The translations under genes were made by a program, and so were the position numbers. A stretch of DNA of 64,000 nucleotides from the human T2T-CHM13v2.0 reference genome, Homo sapiens, in assembly GCF_009914755.1 (NCBI RefSeq), contig NC_060939.1. The stretch is one strand, 5' to 3'. Below, in pieces: positions 13,351-30,813 of this stretch. Numbering within the stretch: position 1 is the first letter of the stretch; the number at the start of each line of letters is the position of its first letter. The notes beneath the pieces were generated by a model. It ran no database searches and was not told the DNA's origin. It worked only from the letters and a program-made list of their open reading frames with translations.

Positions 13351-14853
13351 ATTGCTGAGGGGCCCCACCCTACCTCCATGGCCTGGCCGGAGGGGCCTCA
13401 ACCCCACAGTCAGTCGCACCGCAGGCAGAGGGGACGGAAACCCTCACACCACTAGTCACAGCCAGCCATTCGCTTGTTTTATAATCATCCCCTCTACTAA
13501 AGTCACTTTCGCCCTTGGGTCACACACATGCATTTGAATTCCAGCATCTGGGACACATGGCCCAGAGCCTACCACCCTGCAGACAGGGCTTCCAAGCTCC
13601 TACAGGTCATCCTCTGTGATCCGGATTGAAGAGGAAACTAGTTCCTGCTCTGGGCTGAGCTGACCACGTTGGGTACCCTCCCCTGTGACATCCATGGTCC
13701 TGCCCTCGAGACCCTCTTCCGTCTCTCCTTCCCAGGCCCCACTGCCCTCTGGTTCTCCTCCCGCCTCTCCTCTACCCTGCAGCCAACAGGCTGCCTTGGC
13801 CTCCTCCTTTGTGAGCTCCTAGTAATGAGCAGACCCAGGAGCTCCTGGCTGGGATGCCCATCATGTGGCTCCCGCCTTCTCTGAACTTCTTATCTGAGGC
13901 GTGCATCTCCCTCCGCAGCTCAACTGCAGGGTCCAGTGTGGGTACCCAGGCTTCCACCCCTTGCATAGGTCCTACCCCTCAGCTCACTGCATGAAAGTAT
14001 CATTGTTAGGTGACTGAGGAAGGCATGGCTTTGCGCGCTGCTCCTGCCTGCCTCTGATGATAGCCTGTGTGGACGGCCGCATGTGTCTGATGTCTGCGTG
14101 TGTACGCTATCAGCTGATACGTTGCACCAGCTGTCCCTCCCCCCAGGAGATACATGAAGGCATTACGTGAATGAGAGAGGCATTCTTTACTCCTCCTGGC
14201 ATAAATCCGTACTCGAGCTGGGTGTGTGGGTGACTGCAAAATAAATGTTGATTACAGTAGTGGCTTCGGGAGGCAGCTGCTGCCAGGGGCTCTGCTGGCA
14301 TGGAGGCCCAGGGAGGAGTCATAACACTGCCATGAGAACGGAGAGGGCTTGTGCCCAGGCCATACTCTTCACCTGCCCTCAGACCTCAGCACCTTCCCTA
14401 CCTCCTGCGCTTCTGTCCGCTTTCCCTTCCCTTCTCCGTCCCATGCTTCCAGCCTGGGCAGGCCCTCCTCTCTGGCTGGGTCTATGGGGGAAGGGGTCTT
14501 CCTAATCAGCTTCTCCCTTCTCTAGGCCTCCCTGGACCCCTCCACCCAACCTTTGGGTAATAAACACCACAGATCATCCTCATTTGTCTAACGGGCTCAG
14601 TTAAACCCCCTAACAACTCCAGGAAGTGAGAACCATTATCTCATGCCACAGATGAGGAGACTGAGGCACACACAGACCAAGGTGTGAGTGGTGGGGCCAG
14701 ACTGCAGTCTGACCCTGCGGCCCATGCCCTGAGTTTATCGCCTCCCAAAGTGTCCATTTATATGGAAGAACATTCCTGATACCTTAAGTTTGTTTTTTTT
14801 TTTTAAGCACATTTATTTACTGCTTATTTCCTATGTGATATTTTCCACTACTA

Positions 14854-15318
<465 letters not shown>

Positions 15319-15377
15319 TCAGCCCTTATGAAACACATCATTTCCCTTATCTCCTTTATCTTAAAAGCACAGGCAGA

Positions 15378-15690
<313 letters not shown>

Positions 15691-16580
15691 CAGAGGCATT
15701 TAGGTTAGACCCAACTCCACTTATTCTCTGGTGTACCTGGTAACCGTGGGTGAATCACTCAACTCCTGTGCCTTGGTTTCCTCCTCTGTAAATAGGTTTT
15801 GTTGTCAAGATTCTGTGCTGTATAAAAATGATCTCAACAGGCACAACTCCAGGCTGAAAGGAAGGGCTCAGTGATTAGACCCTTCTCCTGTCACTATACA
15901 GACAAGGAAACCAAATCCCAGGGAGGTTGAGACACTTGCCTGAGGGTGTACAGCTCCTAAGTGGCAGAGCTGGGGGTGGAGGACAGGTCTGCTGGACTGA
16001 GAACCATGTATCCCTCCCTTCTACCACCTGCAGAGGAAGGGGCTGTCCTTCCCCATTTCCTCCCCACCTCTGCTGCTTCTCATCTCCCCCTCCTCGGACC
16101 TTGCTCCTGGGGCCCAGGAGGTGCTGAGCCAGCCTTTTAGTGGAGGACTACCAATACCATGGCCCCTCCCTGGCCTGATCCCTGGCGCAGCAACGCTTCT
16201 CACCTGCAGCCAGACACTCACACAGCTCGAGGGCTCCTGAAGACCTAGGGCCCCTTTCTTCATCCCCATGTGACTTTTTTTTTCGCAGGGGACTTGATCC
16301 CATTTTCCACCAGTGCATCTCTTCTCTTGGTCACTTTGAGATGCTGGGGCCACAGCCATCATCGGTTTGCTTCATTTTCTGCAGTCAATCTCCATTCCCA
16401 GATCTTTGTTTCTCCTGTCATTTCTGATCACTCGAGATTAAAAACAGCAATGGAGAAGCCAGGAGGAGGCTGAGCTAAGGAGGACTCGGAGTGATGTGAC
16501 CTCAGTCCTCCCAGGAACACAGGAAGAAGAGGAGTAAATGGGGAAGAATGTGATTATAATCAGCTCCAATCCTGCCTTTA

Positions 16581-17044
<464 letters not shown>

Positions 17045-17372
17045 TCAGTAAATGATGGCTGAAAAGAAATTAGAAAGAGGTGGCAACCTTTCATTCTGCC
17101 TTAAACTCGGGGCACAGACACATGGGTGGGAAAGCCCATGAATTTTGCTTTCTTTACTCAGAGGCAATTTAGAAACATAGAAGAGTGTATTTTGGGGAAT
17201 TGGTGAATCTCACCATCCTGTTTGGAGTGAGGGAGCTGGGCACCCTGAGCATTTGCTGGGTGCCTCAGCCTGGGGCCAGGCCCTGTGTCTCATTCACACA
17301 AGGCAAGGTAGGGCCTGAAGAGGCAGCATGGGGTGGTGAATGGTTGGGTTTCCCTGGACAGCAGTGAATTCC

Positions 17373-17660
17373 TTTTTTTTTTTTTTCTTTTGAGACACGG
17401 TCTCACTCTGTCACCTGGGCTGGAGTACAGTGGTGTGATCACGGCTCACTGCAACCTCGACCTCCCAGACTCAAGCCATCCTCCCACTCAGCCCCCCAAG
17501 TAGCTGGTACTACAGGCACGTGCCATCATGGCCTGTTAATATTTTGTAGAAATGGGGTTTCACAATGTTGCCCAGGGTGGTCTCGAACTCCTGAGCTCAA
17601 ATGATCCTCCCTCCTTGGCCTCCCAAAGTGCTGGGATTATGGGTGTGAGCCCCTGCGCCA
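17373..17660 (-). mobile_element. AluJ
   Basis: TSD cagcagtgaattcct on both sides. Confidence 0.9.
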
Positions 17661-19029
17661 GTCAGCAGTGAATTCCTGCCTGGAGCTGGTCATGGGGGAT
17701 TTCTGCACTGGCTTACCCCCTGCTCTAGGTCCTGCCCTTGCTTCATCCTGATGTGGGTGCCGGCTTCTCCCCTACCCTGACCTCAGAGAAGCAGGGCCAG
17801 GCTCTCTGGGATGCCTCCTCCCAGGGAGCCCCCCCAACACACACTTCCCACCCGTGTGTTTTCTTCCTCCCTTCCCTAGGTGAGGTCAATAGAGAAGCTT
17901 CCCTGTGGCAGGCAGGGGTCCGTTCTGGGGTTTGTCTCCTCCCTCCTGGCCACTGTGGGGAGTCTGACCCTTAGAGATGACCCGAGAGAGAGAAGGCCGG
18001 GACTGATCTGGAGAAGCCCTGGCTGATGGAATGGGGTTTCTTTTTCCCTCCTTTCTTCCTTCTTTTCTTTTTTATTTTTAAGCAAAAGATAAATAAATGT
18101 CACCCTGAGATGACAAGAGAACATTGAAGGAGATAAAAGGAGAGTAAAAGGGAGCGAGAGAGCAGAGGCAAAGGACAGAGGGGGATTTGGACTGTACACT
18201 GCGATGAGGGGAGAGATGAAAGAGGGAAGAAAGAGATGAGATGGGAAGGCAGGACCGAGTGGCAGAGCGGAGGATGGGGTTGCCACGGAAACCGAAGGAG
18301 GGGAGGAATGGAGGGAGAGGAAGATGGGATGGAGAAGGCGGAGGGCTTGGTGCAGGAGGGGTCTGAGGCGAGGCTTGGTGAGGAGGAAGGGAAGCCATGA
18401 GGGGCTCCCAGGTGTGAATTAGGCCCCGGTGTGGGAAAACAGGTTGGCAGGGGAGGAAGACAAGACCCAGAAAGCCCATCCCTGAGAGCTGAGGTGGAGA
18501 GGGCTGGGTCTCGGCCCTGGGCCCACCCAGCTGGGGCCTGCTCTATCCTGCCTGCAGGGGACTGCCTCAGTTTCCACGTCTGTATAATGGAAATGGTACC
18601 CCCCATCCCAGAGGACTGCCCCGATGGCTAGAAATGGTGTGCTTTCATCCCAGGCCCTGATGAAGTTCAAGCGCAGTGAATGGTCCTATTGTTACTTCCT
18701 TTGATTCTTATCTTTGTCCCCTTGAACTTGTGAGCTGAAGTTTTGTCTGCTTTTCCCGTTACACGAAGCTGGTGATCTCTGGGTCCAGGATAGTGTACTT
18801 GTTTGGGGGACAGATGTGCTTCTTTGCTTCTGGACTTGGAGGAAAGATATGGAGCCCTCTGGAAACATGAGGCCTGCTGCCCCTCCCCCTCGGAACAGGA
18901 ACTGGCCATAAAGCTCAGGGAAAAGAGGCGGGCAGGGTCTATCTGGCTGCTGTCCAAAGCTGGGCTCGGCAAGGGGCCTCTTTTTTCTTTGCCCTTGAAT
19001 ATGGGTATTCTCGAAAGGGCAACAATTTA

Positions 19030-19570
19030 TTCTATCTGTGTACTCTGCTAGGGATGCAGTGGTGAGCAAACAGGCAAGGTCTCTGCCCTTGGAGAATGTA
19101 ATCTAACTGGGATGCCAGAATCTAACTGGGATGGTAGCTATTAGGCAAGTAATTCTATAAATAAATAAATCATTAACAAATCATTTAAAGTTACAATAAG
19201 GTCCAGGAAGGAAAAGTATGAAATTTGAGATTGCACAGGACCTGGGGTCTAGACCTGGTCAGGGTGGGGCAGGGGGTCCGGGCAAGCTTCCTGAGGAAGT
19301 GATACCTGGGCTGAAAGCTGAAGGGAGAGGAAGGAGGAAGAGCATTCCAGGTAGGGGAAAGCATGTGTGAAGAGGCCGTGTGCAGGTGAGGTCTATTAAA
19401 GAACATCGATGAAGTCCACGTGGCTTCACATGGAGGGAGGGGACAGCAGCACGTTGTGGACTTGTCATGGAGGCAGGGACCAACCAGACAAGTTCTGGAG
19501 GCCCTTGGTGAGATGTTTGGGCTTGATTGCAAGAGCAATGGGAGATGACTGGGATGTGGAGCAGGTGGGA
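19030..19570. mobile_element. L2 fragment
   Basis: L2-like text (ctctgcccttggag..., ttcctgaggaagtgatacctgggctgaaagctgaagg, agcattccaggtagggga). Confidence 0.6.
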
Positions 19571-19861
19571 TGTCGTGACCGATTGGTACAAGCGTAAGGC
19601 TTGCTTCAGTCTTCTCTCTTTTGACTGACTATTAGCATGCTAGGGCAAGGGACAGCTGCGTGGCAGAACTCTTGAGAGCTCAAAACATTTCCTGCAGGTG
19701 GGTTGAATGGTGGAAATTCCTTGCCCCGTACAATCTCCTGTGCACACCTTCATGGTCCCCAGACGGTAGAAGGCAAACAGTCTGGTGGGAGAGCCTGAGC
19801 TGGGGGGTGACCCCCATGTTTGACATGGATAGAAGGAAACACGAGGAGTCAAGAGCTCCAC

Positions 19862-20449
19862 AGGCACGGTGGCCCACGCCTGTAATCCCAGCACTTTGGG
19901 AGGCCGAGGCAGGTGGATCACCTGAGGTCAGGAGTTCAAGACCAGCCTGGGAAACATGGTGAAACCCCGTCTCTACTAAAAAAATACAAAAATTAGCCAG
20001 GCATAGTGGTGCACACCTGTAATCCTAGCTATCTGGGAGGCTGAGGCAGGAGAATCGCTTGAACCAGGAGGTGGAGGTTGCAGTGGGCCAAGATCACACC
20101 ACTACATTCCAGCCTGGGCAACAGAGCAAGACTCCATCTTAAAAAAAAAAAAGGCCAGATGCAGTGGTTCACACCTGTAATCCCAGCACTTTGGGAGGCC
20201 GAGGCGGGTGGATCACCTGAGGTCGGAAGTTCAAGACCAGCCTGACCAACATGGAGAAACCCCGTCTCTACTAAAGATACAAAAAAAATTAGCCAGGCCG
20301 TGGTGGCGCATGCCTGTAATCCCAGCTACTCAGGAGGCTGAGGCAGGAGAATCAATTGAATCCAGAAGGCGGAGGTTGCGGTGAGCCGAGATCATACCAT
20401 TGCACTCCAGCCTAGGCAACAAGAGCGAAACTCCGTCTCAAAAAAAAAA
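19862..20449 (+). mobile_element. Two head-to-tail Alus (19862-20152, 20153-20449)
   Basis: One TSD, aagagctcca, flanks the pair. Confidence 0.92.
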
Positions 20450-21431
20450 GAGCTCCAGATTAGTCCTGACTGAGGGGTAGGGGCCTTGGGGTCTTGGTTT
20501 CCATATCTGTAAAATGATGGCATTGGACAGGAGGGTCCCCAAAGTTCCTTTCAGCCCTGCCGGTGAAGATTCCAAGACCCACAGCCAAAGTGGCTGAAGC
20601 ACAGGGTCTTCAGCAAGGCCACCATCCTGCCATGGGAGAGCCAAGCATCCCTCCCTTGCAGTAAAGAAGCACGCATGCGTTTACTGGGCATGTGAGCTGC
20701 GCGGTGGGAGGATCAGGCCCATGGCTTCTGGGATCCTGGTGTCTTCAGATCATAGGCGGCACATTACTCCTGTACTTAGCATCAAAGAGAAGCTACCATG
20801 TGCTTTTTATGCAGCTCTGCAGGCAGCTCAGCATTTGCCCATAGTAATTTGTGCAGCAGACGCCCTGTTAGTTTAGGCAGGCTCATTTCTATAAGAACCA
20901 GAGGCCCACCCAACTCACTTCAGGGCTAAGGGGGGTTGATTGCCAGCGAGGGTTCCCCAGGCTAGGGGCAGGGGCTGGGCACCATCCAGAATCCCGGTGC
21001 CTTCTGGGATCAGCATTCCCTTGGGCTCTCCTCAGACACCCACCCCGCCACCCCCACTTGCCCAAGCTCTCTGCCCCTTTGTGTTCTGGCCTCACTCTAC
21101 CCCATGGCGCTCCTTTGTGTGTTCTTTGCACATCTGCTCCTGTGGCTGATGGACTGAGGCTTAATGCAGAGCCATGTTTCCAAGAGAGGAAACTTTGGCC
21201 CAAGTTCTTTCAGGGGATGGGGAGGGCCAGGCCATAGGTCTGGGCCCAGCTTCTGTATGAACTGCCCTAGATGGTGGGGGTATGCTATGCTTGGAGGCCC
21301 AGGGCTGGAAGTGGGGCAGCTGCCATTAGGCGAAGGTGAGGAAGAAGGCACCTGGGGTGGGGAGGGGCCTCCCACTTGATTCACCAGGCAAGGCCAGGTC
21401 ACCGAGAGTATGCGTCAACTCTTGCTAATTA

Positions 21432-21758
<327 letters not shown>

Positions 21759-22676
21759 TGGAGAATCAGAATCACTTAAGAAGCCTCTAGAAAATCCCAT
21801 GTCCAGGCCCTGAACCCAGAGATTCTGGTTTCACTGGTCTAGAGTGAGACCCCGGTATTGGCATTCTGATCAAACGATACCAGTTCTGGAACTCTGTGGA
21901 CCCAGGGTCTCTGTCTTCACAAGAGTTTGTGTCTGAGAAGTCACATCAAAATAGTTCATGCCTCGACATGGGGGCTTCACCCCTCATATCCTTGGGTTTT
22001 AGGGTACTGTGACCTCTTAGAGGAGGGAGATCCTCACACAGGGGCCACCCTGTGGCAGTCAGGCCCACCTCAGCCCTCAGCTTATAGAAGCAGAGGCGTG
22101 GCTCCCAGGTCAGGTGTAGGTGCACCCGGGCCTGGGGAATGGATCAAGAGAGCGAGGGTTGTCAGAGCAGGCCCTGTGGGAGGGGCTCTCTCACCTGGGA
22201 GGGCGTCAGGTGAGAAAGCACTCAGAGCTCCTGGGCCTGAGCTCCTGGGGACTCTGCCATTAGCAGGGGAAGGCAAGGAAGAAGGCACTTGGGGTGGGGA
22301 GGGCCCTCTGGCTTGATTCACCGGACAAGGTCAGGTCACTGAGAGTGTGCATCTGCTCTTGCTAACTAATTTGGAGAGGCCCTTCCCTATGCTGCCTGGA
22401 CACCACCCCAAGGAGGAGGCAGGACTGTCCTGGGAGTGAGGTGCTCAGAGAAGAGCAAAGCCTTGGTAGAACTCTCAGGCAAGAGTTTCACTCTCCATCT
22501 CACTTACCGCATTCAGTCTTGGTCCCTTGGCGACTGTCAGTTTCCTTCTCTTCCCTTTTCTGTACGCTGGTGTCTTTCTCTAGAGACACTCCCGTGCTGG
22601 GCCCCCTCTGTTCCTCTGCAGTCACTGTCCTGTGGGTGGCCTGGCTGTCAGGGGAGATGATCCACAGTGTGATTAT

Positions 22677-22732
22677 TGTATCAGTCAGGGTTCTAGAGTA
22701 AGAAATAGAACCAGTAGGAGACACTATATATT

Positions 22733-22769
<37 letters not shown>

Positions 22770-23112
22770 GTACACAGAGAGGTCTCTTTTAAGGAATTGG
22801 CTCCTGTGATTGTGGGGGCTGGCAAGTCCAAAATCTGCAGGGCAGACCCGGGGGCTGGAAACTCAGCAAGATTCATAAGTTACAGTCTCAAGGCAGAATT
22901 CTTTCTCTGGGAAGCCTCAATGTTTGCCCTTAAGGCCTTCAACTGATTGATGCCCACCCACATTATGGAGGGTCATCTGCTTTTCTTAAAGTCAACCGAT
23001 TGTAAATGTGAGTCACATCTACAGGATACCTTCACAGCAACATCTAGCTTAGCCAAGCACACAGCCGGGCACCATAGCTTAGCCAAGATGACGCATATGA
23101 TTTACCACGACA
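22677..23112 (-). mobile_element. MLT2-family (ERVL) solo LTR with internal (TA)n(CA)n
   Basis: TG...CA ends; tgtatcagtcagggttct...aaggaattggctc...ggcaagtccaaaatctgcagg...taaggccttcaactgattg. Confidence 0.75.
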
Positions 23113-24300
23113 GTGATGGTCTCAGGCTGAGAGAGGGTCCTCATCCTGTCCTCATGTACTTCAAGGGAAGCAGTGCTTGCACTAAATCCTCAAAGATGAT
23201 GGGAAATTCACCCAGTTCGAGGGAAGGGCAGTCCTGGCAGGGGAATCAGCCTGTGCAGAGGCCCCAAGGTAGGAAACATCGGTGAGTTGGGGGCAGAGGG
23301 GCAGTGGAGCCTGCCTGGGAGCCATCTTGGGCAGCAAATGAAGGCATGGGCAGTGCATCCCGCCTACCAAAAGGCTGTGGGGGCTGCGGGGCCGGAGACC
23401 TGCATTCTAGCCCTTGCTCCCCCACCGTCTCACTGTGTGACCTTGGACCATTCCCTTCCCCTCCCTGGGCCTCAGTTTCCTCATCTGTTAACAGGGCCGG
23501 GTATGGTGCGCATCACGGGGGTTTGTGGGTTGGTGGCCCTGTGTCAGGGGCCCAGCCACTCTGACTCCCAGAGGTGGGGCTCAGTGAATCTGTCCACAGA
23601 GAAAGGGGAAGCAAGGCAGAGACAGGATCGCAGGAGGAAGAGACTCTCGAACTTCCCCTGCCCCTCCCCCGTGCCAGCGGCAGCTCCCTGGGCCTCTGGC
23701 TCCTGAGGCCTGTGGGCTGGGCAGAAGTGAGACTGTGGCAAGGGGCCCCGAGGCACAGGCCTTCCAGCTCTCGCTTCCTCTTCCCTTCTGCGCATGTGAG
23801 TAGAGTTTCCCTTGAAGCCTCCTGCGAGGAGGACAACAGGGGAAACCAAGAGGCTGGTTTCCTTAGGCGGTGAAATCCCGTGCATGTTTTTCACAGCGGG
23901 TGTACAGGCCTGGAACTTCCTCTTCTCCTCCCACCTGGTTACCTGTCCCGCCCACTCCAGCTTCAGCCTCTCCAGCCCCAGGGCCCTGGACTCCAAGGGG
24001 CAAAAGGCCCAGAGCCACATCCTGGAGGGCTTGAATGCCAGACCCAGGGTCAGGAGCCCCCTCCCCGCTCTTGCTCTGTTGGGTCCTGAACTGCCTCCAC
24101 GGAAGCCAGTCCTCAGTCCTGTCCCCACCCCACCCCACCCCCATACTGCAGCCCCCGCCTCCCAGAGATCCGGGTGCTTCATGTGGACTGAGCTTACGCA
24201 AGTCAACTCCCCAAGGGTGAGAACTTTAATTTGCCCCTTCTATCTACCCACAAGCAAGCACCTAATAGGTTTAGTAAATGTGCATTAAATCAGTGGCTCA

Positions 24301-25061
<761 letters not shown>

Positions 25062-25089
25062 TCAGGAAATAGTCATCAAATTACATTGA

Positions 25090-25500
<411 letters not shown>

Positions 25501-28421
25501 CTTCAGTTGGTGTTTGAGATCTCCCTGGTGGTGGGAACTAGTCAAAGAGTGTCCAGGTGGCCACAAGGTCCTGTTGGTTCTTCCTTCAAAATGGCTCCTG
25601 TTGTGCGAGACCAGGTTTTGGGTGTCTTCACCCACTCTCTGCCCTGAGATCTGTGTCCCAAGGGACACCAGCCACCCTGATCCCACCCGACCCTCCTCTG
25701 CTCCTAGAGTGATGGGGTCCCCATGAGAGGAAAGGAGCACTGTTGTGAGCAGTGTGGGATGAGAGGAGGTGCTGTCACAGCTTGGGGAAGGGACCCTGGT
25801 AACCAGCAGGTAGGTCAATAGTTCCCGTTCCAAGTAGGCTCTTGTGCCCATTTTACAGATCAGGAAATGGAGACAGGTGGAGGAGCCAGGCGACTTGCCC
25901 AGCCTTTACAGGACCCATGGGGCAAAGCCGTAGGTGAAGTCACAGTTAGAGATTCCAGAGCTCTGAGGAGACGGCGTCCCTGCTTGGGTGGGGAAGGTCC
26001 CCTGCTGGCCCCCAGACGATGAGTCTTTGTTCCCTCCCCAGGGGCTGGCCTGGCCCTCAGGCCTGGGAGGTGGAGGTGCCGAGCCCTGGGAAATAGGGCA
26101 GTCCTGGGCTTCCGGTGTCACTGCACGCCCCTCCCCCTCCCGCCTTTGTTTCTTGGCCTCCACAGCCTCATTCTCTCTCCCTCCCCCTCACTCAGGCTCC
26201 TCCTCTGCCCCCCCTTCCCTGTCTCTTCATTTCTTCTCTCCCTCTCCCTTTCTCTCTCTCTCTCTCTCTGATATGTCCTCCCTTCCCCCACTCCCAGCAC
26301 AACTACAATCAGGCAGCTCATCTGTGTCTATTTCCCCGCCTTTCACATTGACTTTCTCCCCACCCTGGGGACCGAGGGCATCCTGGTGGGAGGCCACGCC
26401 ACATCCCAGCCAGTGGTCGCCCCTCATCTTGCCAGCCTGGGGCAGTCTGAGCTCCCCTTTCTCCTGGACATGGGGGGAGCTTTTGTTCTGAGTCCTTAGC
26501 ACAAGTGGTGGGAGAGGCCCTGCTCTAAGAAGGGAGGGGCCCCAGTGGGGCCCCAGGCGGATGACAGAGGGGCCTTGGGTTGGGTGGGGAGGCAGCCCTG
26601 GCACACAGGTGACGCACACCTGGCAGGCTCTCTTCCTGCCCTGGATGGCCCTGTGCCAGGACATAAACAGAAGGGTTTAGCCTGGGAGATGGAACAGAGC
26701 GGGTGAGGAGACACGAGGCACAATGCTGGCCCAGGAGGAGGGAGAACAGAGTGATACCGGGCCTCCCCACTCCTCATTTCCGTGTGCGATAGGCAGGCAG
26801 AACACACATGCGAAACGCAGGTAAATTAGATTCCCTCCTCAGCAGAGCCCCTTCTGCATACACACACGCACGCACGCGCACACACACACAGCCTGCCTGG
26901 CCGCCCCAGTGAACAAGACAACATGGACACGGGGCCTGCCCCCATAAGCCTCGCAAAGAGAGCATTACAGGGTGGTGTGTGTTCTACTCAGCCAAGTCTC
27001 CAGGCCAGTGTAAAAGAAAGCGTGGGGCCAACTGCCCAGGTGGGCAGTGGCTCAATGAAGACTTCTAGTAGAAGGAGAGACCCCAGTTCCCCCAGCCGGC
27101 TGGGGCCCTGGACCAGCCAGCCAGGAAGCAGCCCGAGCCTTCATGTTGCAGTTTGCCCAGGTCGTGCCTACGTGCCCCTGCTGGCCTGTGGTGACCCAGG
27201 ACAGCTCCTGAGAACTGAGGAGCCGGGCTCGGGTGTGACCTCCGCGGGTGCATAGCTGCAGGAGCACAGATGGGACCCAGCTGTGGGGCCACACGGGCCT
27301 GGCTGCAGACCCAACTCCCCCTTCATTGATGGGGCACTTGGGAGTGTGTTATTCAAGCCTGGATTTCCTGGGGCGTGAGGTGGGGAGCGCACTACCCCAC
27401 CCCTGCCCCCCGGGTTGTTCCTAGTATTAAATGGCTGACTGGGGACCTCGTGAGTGTCTGTAATGAGAAGCTGTAGGTCTTCCGTGGTGTTTGTCGTCAG
27501 TTGTTGGCAGCTCTCTGTGCCCCTGCCCTGCCCCCACTTAGGCACAAACCCTCAGGAACAAGGACTCTGGGTTAGTCCCTTTCTACAGCCAAGCACAGGC
27601 TCCTGACACAGACGCACCTTCTCAAGTCCAAACTACCTGTTCATATGGGAAGGGGTTTGCTTCAGGTGTCCTGGTGTGACTATAAGGAGTGGCCCCTTGT
27701 AGAAAGGGGCCCGGTGTGGACGGTCAGCTCCATGGTTACCCTTGCTGTAGGGAACCACACTTCAGCTCCCACAGGCAGTTCGCTGGCTGACGTTTTTGCC
27801 CTCTCCTCACCTCTAAAGCAGTGTTAACTGTTTCCTTATGCCCGCGCCCTTGAGGTTGGCGGGAGGGGGCTGATTCCTGGTATTAGGCTGCAGGGGAAAG
27901 GAGAGGGAAGGGAACTAACGACACTGACATCCTCATCTCACTGTCCCATGAGTCAGGAGCCTCTTCCCCCCCATAGAGATGAGAATCACCTGATGTCACA
28001 CGGCTAGTAGATGGCAGAGCCTGGATTGAACTCAGCATCCAGGGCCAAGGGGGAAGCACTGGCTTGGCCATTGATGCTCAGTTCCTCCTTCTTGCTGGTC
28101 CTGCCTTTGGGGAAGTTTACAAAAACTGCTGAACACATCATTTGCCCAAACCCCACAACAGACAGGAGGGTTGCCGCTGGGTGCTGTGTCAGACGGACTG
28201 TCGCGACAGGAGGCAGCCATGCTCCTCAGCGTGCTTTGCAAAACTGACAGTGGCTGGAGGGCACTGGGGGTGGCTGTGGTGGGCCCCAAGGGGCAGGACC
28301 CCTGCCTCATTCACCTTGCTGTCTCCAGGCACAAGCCCTAACCCATAGCAGGGATTTAGCGGCTATTTATTGTACAAATGAATGAATGAGTTCTCTAGTG
28401 GTTGTCCTCAGAATCACTTAA

Positions 28422-28853
<432 letters not shown>

Positions 28854-29792
28854 TAATGAACCAAGCTGCTTCACCTGTGTTAGGACCGTGGGCCCTCACA
28901 ACCCTTCCATGGGTGAGTGTTTTCATCCCCGTTTTTCAGATAGGGAAACTGAGCCACTGGCATGACTTTGCTTAGTCACTTGCAAGTGACTGAGCTGGCA
29001 CTCGAGGTCCTCGCTGACTGCATTTCCCAGCAGCTGGACATTGGGGTGGGGTGTGGTGGTTTGGAAGCACGTTTAGCCCCTGCGGCCTATTCCAGATGCA
29101 CCCTGACCCCCCAGGCCGAGGTTTCCTTCTATCTGATCCCTTCCACGAGAGCCTCACTCTAAGCTTAATAGTTTAATCTTTGGTGTCCGTTTCAAGGAGG
29201 CTAAATTCCTGTCTGGGGTATTTTTAGCCGTCCTCAGGAAGGGGAAGCTCCGCTGGGCGCTGGGGGGAGGGGGACGCCTTGCCCGGAGCCGGTTTCCTGA
29301 GGAAGGGCCGCCGACCGTGTGCCTGACCGTGGCCCTGGGAGAGGCTGGTAGTTGGTCCGTTGGGAGCCCTGGGAGCAAAGCAGGCGAGAGTCGCCCCAGT
29401 AATGCCATCCCCTCTCCTCAGATGTGCCAGGTGTTGAACCAGGGCAAGGGGTATAGGCCCAGGAGGAGGTCGCCACTGCCTGGCGTGCTGCAGTCCTTGG
29501 AAGCCTGGAGAGGGCACGAGGGCAGGCCAGGAGAGCCGGGATGGCTCCAGGAGCAGGTGGACCTCGAGCCACGCCTCGGAGGCTGGTGGGAGGAGCAGGG
29601 GTCAGCAGGGTTGGGAAAAGGCTGCCCCAGGTGGGAAGACCCATGGGTGAAAAGACCGGGCTCCACAGACGGCTCACGGAGCAGGTGCCTCCATATGTGG
29701 CTGGAGCCCCCAGCGAGGGAAGAGGCCGCTGTGCTGGGGGTTTGTACCTGGGCACGTGGGCACATTGGCACTATTTAGAAGATCATGTTAGA

Positions 29793-29955
29793 GGCAGGTA
29801 CAGTGGCTCATGTCTATAATCCTAGCATTTCGGGGGGCTGAGGCAGGAGGATCACTTCAGTGCTGGAGGTTGAGACAGGAGTGAGCCATGATTGTGTCAC
29901 AGTAGCCTGGGCAACAGAGCAAGACCCCATCTCTAATCAAAAAGAAAGAAAAAAA
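29793..29955 (+). mobile_element. Alu monomer / internally deleted Alu
   Basis: Short Alu-like sequence with A-rich tail. Confidence 0.75.
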
Positions 29956-30459
29956 CGTTAGTTGAGAGATTGTGAATGTGAACTTGGGAGCCTGTTTGAG
30001 CATTCAATTCGGATAGTGGCCTCAAACATGTTAGCTGTCAAGGAGCTCTTCTTTCAAATCAGATCGGACATGGAACTCCAACGTATAAAATCAGATAAAA
30101 GTGATATTTTTATCAGTATAAATTTAGATATTTAAATGTATAACATTTAGCTAATCAAGAAAAACAACAACTGCTTGTGATAGATGCAGATGTTTATCGT
30201 CGGGGCTGACAAGTGACAGCCAGTGTTTGAGATTGGCCTCAGCACCTAGTTTATTTTTTTATATTGTGTTTCTGCCATACGTTCTCGTTCATACAGCCGA
30301 GCCATTACCAATAATGACAGTTAACACCTCACCGCACAGTCCCAAGGTCTGTGCAAATTAATTACTTTGGCAACAAAGCCAGTGGGGCTACAGTAGAATG
30401 TGTTAGAATGTGGCACATATTACATTTGAGTAGGTGGGCCTTTTAAAATCAGTTTTTAA

Positions 30460-30813
<354 letters not shown>

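Noticed and set aside
19100-19133. 15-bp direct repeat aatctaactgggatg
   Set aside because: Simple slippage duplication inside an L2 remnant.
23430-23495. TGACCTTG nuclear-receptor-like motif
   Set aside because: Part of the MIR consensus, so very common; no extra support.
23544-24288. 220-aa and 158-aa overlapping ORFs, and similar ORFs at 10615-11247 and 53813-54493
   Set aside because: Chance ORFs in GC-rich intron with non-ATG starts or no recognisable domains or exon structure.
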